This document shows positions 26,527-36,560 of a stretch of DNA of 64,000 bases, one piece after another. Source of the stretch: Ranitomeya imitator (lineage: Eukaryota); the NCBI RefSeq assembly GCF_032444005.1, contig NC_091283.1, positions 612,374,001 to 612,438,000 on the forward strand. The letters are read 5' to 3'. Position 1 is the first letter of the stretch. The number at the start of each line of letters is the position of its first letter. The translations under genes were made by a program, and so were the position numbers. The notes under the pieces are model-generated. The model worked only from the letters and a program-made list of their open reading frames with translations, searched no databases and had not been told where the DNA came from.

Positions 26527-27489
26527 CCCCTTAGTGACGGAGCCAAATTTTTGAAATCTGACCAGTGTCACTTTATGTGGTAAAAACTCTGCAACGCTTC
26601 AACAAATCCCAGTGATTTTTTAGATTGTTTTTTCGTGACACATTATACTTTGTGATAATGGTAAATTTAGGTCAATATGTTTTGTGTTTATTTATAAAAA
26701 AATATCAAAAATTTGAGAAAAATGTAAAAAAGTTTGCAATTTTCAAAATTTGAATGATTATCCCTTTAATCCAGATGGTCATACCACAGCAAATCATTAA
26801 TAAATAACATTTCCCACTTGTCGGCTTTACATCAGCATCATTTGTAAAATGTTGTTTTATTTTGTTAGCATTTTAGGAGGTTTAAAAATGTAGCAGCAAT
26901 TTTTCATTTTTTCAAGGAAATTTACTAAATTTATTTTTTTAGGGACTTATCCAGGTTTGAAGTGACTTTAGGGGTCTCATATATTGGGAAACCCCCAAAC
27001 GTGATACCATTTTAAAAACCGCACCCCCTGACATATCGAAAACTGCAGTCAGGTAGTTTATTAACCCTTCAGGTGCTTTACAGGAATTAATGCAAAGTGG
27101 TATGACAGAAATGAAAATGTGTATTTTTTACCACCTAAATGTCTCTAACTTCTGAACAGATTTATACAGCCGTCAGACTTTAAGGCCCCTATTTGGTCAT
27201 GAATAGCCATGGCAAACATCAGGACCACAAAATCGTGATCTAAGGGCACCAATTGATATAAAGAGGAAGCCCCCACACTCTGTTGACCATATATAATGAT
27301 GTAGTCACTATTGACAGCAGCATCTAAGGGGTTAAACAGATTTGGACGGTGCAAACACTGATCGTGGCTGATGCAGAAAGTTGTCAGCTATAGTGGACAG
27401 CCGACAGCTGCTGCATTGTCACCTGTATGGAGAGGCTATGCTCTTATATCTCAAGTCAGTTAAAAGACGTATTGGCTGTCATTAAGGGG
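26527..27489. mobile_element. piggyBac-like non-autonomous element
   Basis: TTAA|CCCCTTAGTGAC...GTCATTAAGGGG|TTAA. Confidence 0.8.
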
Positions 27490-28697
27490 TTAAAGGACTG
27501 AAACCTATCAACTCTCCAGGGTCATAATAGGTTGATAGGGATGCCTTTGCATATTTGGGCAGATGTAGAAACTATGAAAATAAGCTATATTTAAAAGCAC
27601 CTGAAAGGATCATAAGGGTGGTACCAATTCTCAAGTCACACTGACCATTCTCCCTCGCAACTTCTGCAGCATCTAGCGCAGGGGTGCATAACTTTTTTTG
27701 GTCCAAGGGCAACATTGTTTTACTGAACCAATCCTGGAGCTGCACTAAAAGTTAAGGTTTTACCTTCAGACATTTATGACATATCAAAAGTTTATACCAT
27801 AAATATCTGATAGGTACTCATAGGTTTTTATTGTAGTTTTCAGTTAGTGAGATTCTCGTGCTTCGGGGCGGCCTGTGGGGGGAGGGGGTCTTTATGTGGT
27901 GCTCTGTTCAGCTATTCATAATGTATACTGCTGACTGGTCACTGGTCCTTCAGTAACCTGCCCCCTATTTTATATACTGCATATGATATTGTTGGCTTAC
28001 ACAAATTACCTAGTAGAGGTATGAAGAGAAGAGGGAAAACGTAGATAGAGATCTTTCTTTTATTGAAACAATATTTAAAACACATGTAATATAAAAGACA
28101 GCAAGATGGAAAAATTGAGACCTCCAAAAAAGTCAGGGTGTGACATATACAGCTGGTAAATTTTAGGTCTATCTGCACATTGGAAAGTATTCCCCTAAAG
28201 GGATCATCATCAATAATTTTGGTTAAGTTTACTTCTCTTTGGTGAGGACTGCAAAGGGTATTAACGAGACATTTTCATGTCCACCCATCCCATCAAGTCC
28301 ACATGATCCCTTTACATTACATATGTTTTAAATATTGTTTCAATAAAAGAAAAATCTTTTTATCTACTTTTTCTCTCGTCACTTCATACCTCTACTAGGT
28401 AATTTGTGTAAGTATCTATGATTGAAGTGCTATTTATTGCCAATTTAAACTTTGGATTATGGGATTAATATGATATTGTTGGCTTAAAAAAAATTCAACA
28501 TGCGCAGTGGCAGCTATCGCTTCCAGGTGCTACTGCGCAAGAACCATGTCCATTTTGCTGCAGCCAATTTTTTTTTTTTCTGGCAGAATGGCGCTGCCGG
28601 TTGCCTTTTCCTGAAGGTAAATTGTTTTTTTCAAAGCCATTAATATATGCAGTATGTAAAATAGGGGGCTGGTCAGTGAAGGATCAGTGACCTGTCA

Positions 28698-30049
28698 TCT
28701 ACTATATAATTGTCTACGGGTCACTTCCGTCCGTCTGTCTGTCACAGATATTCATTGGTCGCAGCCTCTGTCTGTCATGGAAATCCAAGTCGCTGATTGG
28801 TCGCGGCAAAACAGCCACGACCAATCAGCGATGGGCACTGTCTGGTAGAAAATGGCCGCTCCTTCCTCCCCGCAGTCAGTGCCCGGCGCCCGCATACTCC
28901 CCTCCGGTCAGCGCTCACACAGGGTTAATGGCAGCGTTATATACTCCCCGTCCGTCGGCCCTTCAGATCCACAACAGGCCTTTCCCGCTCGCGATGCTCC
29001 GGTAACCGGTCCATGCTGCGATCTCGCGAGACCGCAATGCACTCTTCAGACCGGAGCGCACGAGGACCATTGGTGTTGTGGACCTGGTGGTTAGGAGCAC
29101 CCGGAATGACCTGATGGTTAAACTCACACAGGACAAGCTCTGGGAAGTGGGAGCTCTGCTGACCGCAACCCCTAATCCTATCACACAACTAGAAATAGCC
29201 GTGGAGCGTACCTAACACGACCTAGACGCCTCTTCACAGCCTAAGAGCTAACTAGCCCTAAAGATAGAAAATAAAGCCTACCTTACCTCAGAGAAATTCC
29301 CCAAAGGAAAAGGCAGCCCCCCACATATATTGACTGTGAGTTAAGATGAAAATCACAAACACAGAAATGAAACAGGTTTCAGCAAAGGGAGGCCAGACTT
29401 ACTAAACAGACTGAGGATAGGAAAGGTATCTTTGCGGTCAGCACAAAAAACTACAAAAGACCACGCAGAGTGTGCAAAAAGACCTCCGCACCGACTCACT
29501 GTGCGGAGGTGCCACTCTGCATCCCAGAGCTACCAGCTAGCAAGGCAAAATCATGATAGCCAACTGGACAACGAAACAATGAACAAATAATAACTAGCAG
29601 GGACTTAGCTTCTGCTGGAGTATACAGGTCACCAGAAAGATCCAAGAGCGAACTGAACCAGTACAAGAACATTGACAGCTGGCATGGAGTAACGATCTGA
29701 GTGGAGTTAAATAGAACAGCCAGCCAAAGAATAAACTACGTCACCTGTGGAAGGAACCTCAGAAGCAACAGCTCCACTCACAGCCACCAGAGGGAGTCCA
29801 TGAACAGAACTCGCCGAAGTACCATTCATGACCACAGGAGGGAGTTCGAAAACAGAATTCACAACACATTGGTAACTGGCCGCTTCGATCGGGAGGCTCC
29901 AAAAGACGAGTATGTAAGTTTTTTATTTTAATTCTTTTTTTTTTTAACAGGGATATGGTGCATACAACGTGACTGTGCTGTATACTATGTGGTTGGGCAA
30001 TATACTACGTGGACATGCATATTCTAAAATACCCGATGCGTTAGAATCA
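28698..30049 (+). mobile_element. Non-autonomous Helitron, 3' CTAG end deleted
   Basis: A|TCTACTATATAATTGTCTA start is the same as the 40802 copy. It runs to GCGTTAGAATC and then jumps into host TIR sequence. Confidence 0.8.
29074..29866 (-). mobile_element. Solo LTR (793 bp)
   Basis: TGTTGTGG...TTCACAACA termini with a 6-bp TSD CATTGG (29068-29073, 29867-29872). The reverse complement begins TGTTGTGAATTCTG like the 21537 copy. Confidence 0.9.
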
Positions 30050-32395
30050 GAGCACCACATAAAGACCCCCCACAGGCCACCCCAGAGCACGAGAATCTCA
30101 TTTACTCTAAACTGCAAAAACAGATATTTCATCAACCAAGGTATCATTGTGATCAGTCTAATGGTGTCAACCTGATACTGTCTGTAGTTTAATTGGAAAA
30201 ATCCTGCTCACAGGTCCCCTTTAAAAAGGAAGATGTCATGCACGCCCACGGCACTTTACAATAGTTTATGGGCTTCGTACTCACGGTCTAATGTCTCACA
30301 ACTTCCATAAACTACAGTGGAGCCGCAGACACTGAAGGTCAGCAGCCGGTCTACTGCCTACTCTTTTCTGAAAAGTTGAACTGGACTAGAGACCCCATTG
30401 CCCTGATGTAGGAGGCATCCAGAGAGGTCTACCCAGCGCACCATTGGAACTTACCAGTCCTAGCTCCTCAGCTGCGGACTACTACTCTTCTGTCTGAAGC
30501 TGCTCAATTATAATCACACAAGTATTTTTCTGTCCATATGGATGCGGGGCATCACAGGCTGCAGGTTGTATACTCCTGATCTAGCGCACGCGCAGTGACG
30601 TGTACTGGCCTCTCGCTGCACATGTGCCAAATGCCATCTGAGCTGCCAGGCCCGTCCATGAACTACGTTCTCCCGATGATAAGAGATTCATTTTAAAAGG
30701 TGATCGGCAAGAAGGAAAAAAAAATAAATCACTTTTTGGCTTTGTAAAATTGGAGAAACTGTTAGATAATATTGTATTGGAAGTTGCAAGACCACAACCT
30801 GGGCTGCTCTAGTCATAGGTTCCCATGATCATGTCCAAGTTTTCTTATCAGACAATTACACTACTTCTGTCAGCTTGCCTTCTCTCAATCCATACTAGTG
30901 CCATCTCTTCCCCAGGTAAGAAGCACACATTCCCATATGTCCGTCTCACATTGCACCATTGTCCAGTTTTGAAGTTCCAGCTCATTTTAATAATTTTTAT
31001 TTATGTAACACATTCGGCACCACTATAGAAGAGCGTGCAATCTTTGAAGAAAAAGTTAACACAAAAGGTAAAAAGTGCTGGTAGAGTCTGGTCCAGCCAT
31101 CTTTATAACAGAATTCATGTAAAGCTGCATGAACCAAGCACCTGTCAGAATCTGTATATGTCCAGATACAAAGGTACAGCGCACAGATGACGGTCTGTTT
31201 TTAACATTGCAAAGTATAGCGGAAGCTTTCTCATTTCTTTCTTATCCATACCGGAAAATGACTGATGACACCTGTACCGGTTTTTCATGTGCGTGTTTTA
31301 TATAGACATGTGAATGAGGCCTAAGAAAAATTAGCAAGTTCCAGTGAAAACCCTAGGTTAAAAAGGGGTTTCCAGTGAAAACAACTCATGGGCTTTACAT
31401 AACTGTTAAGCAATGAGTGTCTTACCGCTGGTTCCAATCTTGATAGGCAAAACGGATTTTTTTTTTCCTATTACAGAATGGAGTGGTAGGTCGGATGCCA
31501 GAGTGCCGCTCCATCCATTCTTTATTGGGCTTGCAGAAAAAGTCAAACACAGCACTCTGCAGTATCTTGGTCAAATGAATGGAGCACAGGTAGAGCATAA
31601 TCATTGCCAATCCATTCTAACAGGGCTAAAATTGTCCCATTCTGCCAATCAGTACAGGTCTCAGTAGTCACACTCTCATTAGCAAGAAGAAAAAAAAATT
31701 GAAAACGTTTTAAATGTAGAGGAGTTTGTTGAACACTGGCCAAAAGTTTCAGAGAGAACAACGGAAAAAGACACCACCCAAAACTAGATGGGTTCCTGTG
31801 TGCTGTAGACAAGAAGTTACATTCAACAGTACAAGGTTAGGAGAAGTCTCCTTCAGACAGGAGCAGAACAGACAGCAACTGGTTCAGTGATTTATGACAA
31901 ATGTGAAGTGGGAGATATATACTATTCACATATGAGCTGTTCATGGGAGGGAAAAAGGACGGAGGCGAATGGCGTACACTGCAGGTAAGAAAGACAGGCA
32001 AGTTTGAAAGAAAACATCTGTTAAAATGAAGATGAAATTAGTAAATATGGAAAGCCAATTTTGCAGCATATTTCTCATGTTAACAAGTTTGAGTATCTTG
32101 CCTAGAATACTTCTCTTAACTGCAAGATCATTGATACATACAGCACCCGGACAAAGATGATCGCTGCCCTCCTGTCTCCTCCAAGCTAAATCTCATTTTA
32201 GGCTCCTTCTGCACAAGTCACACTACATGAAAAGTCCTCACCCACTCTTCTAGCCACTCTAATACATCAACATATATCCCACTCCTCAACAGGTGCTATC
32301 ATTACAACCAATGTCATTCACTAGAATTGTCAGTGGTTTTAATGTTATTCAGAGTACATGCCTTATGAATAATGTCTAGAAAGTAAAACACTTTT

Positions 32396-32496
32396 ATTCG
32401 GACTCCCATGACAGCACACGAGAGAGGGGATCCGCCCTTAAGGAACAGGAAACCTACAGATACAAAAGGGCGGCACCTCTCCCCATGCATCAGTTG
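32396..32496 (+). repeat. DIRS left ITR
   Basis: Inverted match to 37857-37948; its start pairs with the first half of the ICR. Confidence 0.93.
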
Positions 32497-33099
32497 GTTT
32501 CCTGTTCCTGAAGGGACTGGATGCCTATAGATACTACAGGAGTCCAGGCCGGCCGGACCGATTCTGGTGGCGAGAGGGTCTCCCACTTCGGCCGGTGCGG
32601 GTACCTGAAGTAGTCACGGTGGCCCTGGCAGGGCGGCACGGCGGTGACTAGGCAGCGAGGAGCGGTCGCCAGGGGGTGTCCGGTCTCCGGGGCCAGCGTC
32701 TGGTAAGTCGCCCTTCCCGTGGGCTGTGGGTCTCTCTGGAGCAGGGGGGAGCGCGGCGGCATCTGGGGGGCGCCGATCGGATCGTAGCTGGCCGGCCTCG
32801 GCGTTCCACGAGAGCTGCAGCGCTGACAGGAAGCGCTGTAAGCTGTGGTGACGTCGGGGGGCGGAGCCAGCGACGTCTTCCGGATCGGTAAGCTCCTGCG
32901 CATGCGCGGGGGCTCCAAGATGGCGGCGCCCACCGGAGATCATGCCGCAATCCCTCCGGAGCGATGATTGATTCCCCACAGCTGCGGGGGGGCGGGAAAA
33001 TTAAACAAGCAAGCTGGGCAAGGTGCGCTGACCGAAGGAGGGGCCTTATAAGGCGGCTCCAGCAGCATGTTCCCGGGTTCTGGCTCCAATTTACTGAAA

Positions 33100-33258
33100 A
33101 TGGATTCAGATCAGGATCAGCAGGTTGTGCTGCTGGAACAAGCATCCCAGAGACCCAAGGAGAAGGAACATGAAAAAAGGAGCGATGGTTCGGGCCGCAG
33201 AAGCTCCTCCAGACAGGGGTCTGGAGGGTCAGTCAAAAAGGATCCCCCTCGTGCTTCG
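33100..33258 (+). CDS. Putative DIRS gag exon 1 (donor at 33259 or 33271)
   Basis: ATG 33100 (MDSDQDQQ...DPPRAS). Phase-0 donors TCG|GTATTT or GGT|GTGAGC; the unspliced frame stops at 33288. Confidence 0.55.
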
Positions 33259-33344
33259 GTATTTCTGGGTGTGAGCAGCCACTGGTAAGTGATCTTCGAG
33301 AAAGTTCACTTAGTGACTAGTCTCCCCTCATGTGTTTTATGCAG

Positions 33345-33452
33345 GGAAGGAAAAACGTCAGTAAGGCGAAGCATAGGGAATGTGCCATCTGCGGGGTTCC
33401 CTTGCCTGACTCACACCCTAAAAAACTATGTGACCCCTGTATCCAGCAGACG
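33345..33452 (+). CDS. Putative DIRS gag exon 2 (Cys4 zinc-finger-like)
   Basis: TTTTATGCAG|GGA...ACG|GTGAGG. Encodes GRKNVSKAKHRECAICGVPLPDSHPKKLCDPCIQQT (CxxC-x12-CxxC); phase 0 at both ends. Confidence 0.7.
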
Positions 33453-33527
33453 GTGAGGTTCTGGAAGGAGGGGACGGGGTATAGCATGTAGATTTTACAC
33501 TCTAGTCTACCTTACTTATCCCCGTAG

Positions 33528-34667
33528 GTAGCCGAAGAATCCTCCTCTATTACGGCCAGTCTCAAGGAGATGATTAGAATGGAGGTTAAAGAGTCCTTTA
33601 AAAACCTTTCACAGTCAGGAGGTTCTAGGCAGAGAACTGAGTGGGCATCGGATTCGTCTGTGGAAAAGGACAAGTCCGAAGAATCAGACAATTCAGCAGC
33701 ATCATCCTCCTCTTCGGAAGAAGACGCTGCTCGGTTTTGCCTACCCCTAGAAAGGATAGACAAATTGGTAAAGGCGGTCAGAGGCACAATGGGTATATCG
33801 GAACCCAAGCCTCAACTATCCAAAGAACAAATGATGTTCAGTGGATTGGAGCAAAAGAAGCGCAGAGTGTTTCCTTTAAATGAGAAAATACAAGATCTTA
33901 TTAATAGGGAATGGAGGAAACCTGAGAGAAAAGGCTCCTTACCACCTGCGCAAAAACGCCGATACCCTTTTGATGACCCAGCAGTAGGTAACTGGGAGAA
34001 AGCACCCAAGCTGGATGCAGCAATTGCCAAGGTAGCTAAACGATCTTCTCTCCCATTTGAAGATATGGGAACACTTAAAGACCCCCTGGATAGGAAAGTG
34101 GATACCTTCCTGAAGGGAACCTGGGAGATGGCAGCTGGCTCCTTAAGACCTGCGGTAGCTTCAACCTGCACGGCAAGGTCAATGATGGTCTGGCTGGACC
34201 AGTTGGAGACCCAATTAAAACAAGGGGCCTCTAGAGAGTCCATTCTCTCAGCATTACCTGTAATCCAGGAGGGGGCGGCTTTTTTATCAGACGCCTCAAT
34301 TGACTCCGTAAAGTTGGCAGCTAGAGCAGCAGGACTTTCTAATGCTGCAAGGAGAGCCCTATGGCTGAAATGCTGGCCGGGGGATATGCAGGCAAAAGCG
34401 AAGCTCTGCGCTATCCCTTGTAAAGGCGAATATTTATTTGGGCCTACCCTGGATGAACTCCTGGAGAAAGCAGGAGATGATAAGAAAAAGTTTCCCAACC
34501 TGTTCAATCCATACCGTCGTCCCTTCAACAAAAGAAGGTTCAACCGGGGAGGAAAGCGAGCCTTTTCACCAGGGAGAGATCGTCCCAGATGGGAGGATAG
34601 GCGAAAGCGAGGTACAGGTCTCATGTTTCGCCGTAACCAGACGGAAAATAAAAAACAAGACCAATGA
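33528..34667 (+). CDS. DIRS gag-like ORF1 (main exon, 379 aa)
   Basis: Acceptor CCCCGTAG|GTA GCC GAA is in frame with track ORF 33570. Typical vertebrate DIRS ORF1 features: acidic Ser-rich linker, WEKAPKLDAAIAK, RRALWLKCW, YLFGPTLD, basic C-terminus. Confidence 0.88.
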   Translation, partial: VAEESSSITASLKEMIRMEVKESFKNLSQSGGSRQRTEWASDSSVEKDKSEESDNSAASSSSSEEDAARFCLPLERIDKLVKAVRGTMGISEPKPQLSKEQMMFSGLEQKKRRVFPLNEKIQDLINREWRKPERKGSLPPAQKRRYPFDDPAVGNWEKAPKLDAAIAKVAKRSSLPFEDMGTLKDPLDRKVDTFLKGTWEMAAGSLRPAVASTCTARSMMVWLDQLETQLKQGASRESILSALPVIQEGAAFLSDASIDSVKLAARAAGLSNAARRALWLKCWPGDMQAKAKLCAIPCKGEYLFGPTLDELLEKAGDDKKKFPNLFNPYRRPFNKRRFNRGGKRAFSPGRDRPRWEDRRKRGTGLMFRRNQTENKKQDQ

Positions 34668-36560
34668 CTGGCAATTCCAGTGGGAGGGAGACTATTGCAT
34701 TTCTCGGCAGAGTGGTCGAAAATCACAAACAGCGTTTGGATAAAAGACACTGTTTCCCATGGTCTCAAGCTGGAATTTGTTCATATTCCACAGGACAAAT
34801 TTAGGTTAACACCCTGGCGCTCATCTCCCACTGAACAATTCGCCCTAGAAGAGGAAGTGAGGACTCTTTGTTCCAAAAATGTTTTGGTAGAAGTGCCGTA
34901 TTCTCATGCAGGGGAAGGGTTTTACTCTCCCCTGTTCCTAATCCAGAAGCCTGATAAATCTTACAGGACCATTATAAATCTTAAGGGTCTCAATAAGTTT
35001 TTGGTGAAACATACTTTCAAAATGGAGTCCATCAATTCGGCAATAAAAATGCTTTTCAACAACTGTTTCATGGTAGTAGTGGATTTGAAAGATGCCTACT
35101 ATCATGTACCCATTCATGCTGATTTCCAACGATACCTGAGGGTAGCGATACTAATGGGGGGTAGGATTCGACATTTTCAATTCAGAGCGCTCCCCTTTGG
35201 GATCACCTCGGCACCTAGGGTGTTTACTAAAATAATTGCGGAAGTTATGGCGCATTTAAGAGAGTCAAATATCCTTATAGTCCCCTACTTAGACGATTTC
35301 CTCATTGTAGGTAACTCGGTAGATCATTGTCTGTCACAATGGGAGATTGCTAAAACCAAACTAGAACGGTTGGGTTGGATCATAAACTTTGAAAAATCTA
35401 AATTACAGCCCCTAAATGTTCAAAAATTCCTGGGGTTAATGTTGAATTCAGTGACACAGCAGTGTCTCCTCCCTATAGAGAAAATGGACCAAATTCAGAG
35501 TTTTGTATTAAGAGCAATCAATACACCTTCCATGACACTTAGGCAAGCAATGTCTCTACTTGGGTCACTCACATCTTGCATCCCAGCAGTTAAGTGGGCT
35601 CAGTTCCACACCAGGTCCCTACAAAATGAAGTCCTGTTCCATGACAGAGCCTTAGGAGGCGCATTGAATGGAAAATTGACATTGAGGCCGATAACATTGA
35701 ATTCCCTTAGATGGTGGCTAGATAAACAAAATTTATCAGCAGGGGTTCCCTGGATGATAGATGTCACCCACGTGATAACCACGGATGCCAGCTCTTCAGG
35801 GTGGGGAGCCTATATGGGAGACATGGTGGTCCAGGGACAGTGGGAACCCTTCACAACATTTTCATCAAATCAAAGAGAGTTGTTGGCGGTTGAACTGGCT
35901 GTTAAAAAATTCCTCGTATATCTGCAGGGCCAGCACGTCAGAATTCTGTCGGACAACAGAGTGGCGGTCGCTTACATAAACCGGCAAGGGGGAACTCGTT
36001 CCGAAACTTTAATGCAGATCACGGATCGGTTGTTCCAGGTGGCAGAGCTCAATTTTCTATCTTTGACAGCTCTTCACATCAAAGGAAAAGAAAATGTGGC
36101 AGCAGATTTCCTCAGCCGAAATGTGTTAAAACAGGGAGAGTGGTCTCTCAACGAGGACATTTTCAATCTTGTCGTCCGCAGATGGGGTCAACCAGTGGTG
36201 GATCTATTCGCCACCAGAAACAACAGAAAAGTAAAACTTTTTTGCTCCCTAAATCCCAGGGAGAATCCCCTGGCGGTAGACGCGTTTCTCATAAAATGGG
36301 ATTTTCCACTAGCCTATGCTTTCCCACCACTGAACCTGATACCTCTAGTGGTGAGGAAAATCAGGGAGGATCGAGCGAAAGTCATCCTTATCGCCCCCTT
36401 TTGGCCCAGAAGAACCTGGTTTGCCTGGCTCAAGACAATGTCTGTAGCGGTCCCCTGGGTACTGCCAGAGATCCCGAACTTGCTTTCGCAGGGACCGATC
36501 TCCCATCCACAAGTGACGGGGCTCCATTTGACGGCATGGTGTTTGAACGGTCACTATTAA
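34668..36560 (+). CDS. DIRS pol: reverse transcriptase, RNase H and DAM-methyltransferase-like domain
   Basis: RT: YSPLFLIQK, VDLKDAYYH, ALPFGITSAPRVF, YLDD. RNase H: TTDASSSGWG, RELLAV, SDN, AADFLSR. MT-like: VDLFAT, AYAFPP. No internal stops. Confidence 0.95.
   Translation: MAIPVGGRLLHFSAEWSKITNSVWIKDTVSHGLKLEFVHIPQDKFRLTPWRSSPTEQFALEEEVRTLCSKNVLVEVPYSHAGEGFYSPLFLIQKPDKSYRTIINLKGLNKFLVKHTFKMESINSAIKMLFNNCFMVVVDLKDAYYHVPIHADFQRYLRVAILMGGRIRHFQFRALPFGITSAPRVFTKIIAEVMAHLRESNILIVPYLDDFLIVGNSVDHCLSQWEIAKTKLERLGWIINFEKSKLQPLNVQKFLGLMLNSVTQQCLLPIEKMDQIQSFVLRAINTPSMTLRQAMSLLGSLTSCIPAVKWAQFHTRSLQNEVLFHDRALGGALNGKLTLRPITLNSLRWWLDKQNLSAGVPWMIDVTHVITTDASSSGWGAYMGDMVVQGQWEPFTTFSSNQRELLAVELAVKKFLVYLQGQHVRILSDNRVAVAYINRQGGTRSETLMQITDRLFQVAELNFLSLTALHIKGKENVAADFLSRNVLKQGEWSLNEDIFNLVVRRWGQPVVDLFATRNNRKVKLFCSLNPRENPLAVDAFLIKWDFPLAYAFPPLNLIPLVVRKIREDRAKVILIAPFWPRRTWFAWLKTMSVAVPWVLPEIPNLLSQGPISHPQVTGLHLTAWCLNGHY

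Larger units (their letters stand above)
27760..30220. mobile_element. Kolobok/T2 element (family of 4275-5798) with nested Helitron and LTR
   Basis: Right TIR ends CAGGTCCCCT|TTAA (30221-30224). The left TIR is degenerate and its start is approximate. Shares the GTGGTGCTCTG/CAGAGCACCAC TIR motifs. Confidence 0.65.

Noticed and set aside
30780-32000. Isolated CAG|GTAAGA donors at about 30916 and 31985 suggesting extra plus-strand exons
   Set aside because: No convincing acceptor-frame-donor chain or protein similarity could be built.
32490-33173. Several 70-165-aa GC-rich ORFs in the DIRS 5' region
   Set aside because: Expected in CpG-rich leader or promoter sequence; no domain resemblance.
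33285-33290. Strong-looking GTAAGT donor as the end of gag exon 1
   Set aside because: It is phase 2 and out of frame with the main acceptor at 33344. It would work only with the weaker AAG at 33349, so the phase-0 donors were preferred; it is not fully excluded.
33812-34768. 318-aa minus-strand ORF
   Set aside because: Antisense shadow of DIRS gag; no recognisable motifs.
34664-34804. ATG overlapping the gag stop (ATGA) as the pol start
   Set aside because: It is in the YR frame, not the pol frame, and closes after 46 codons.
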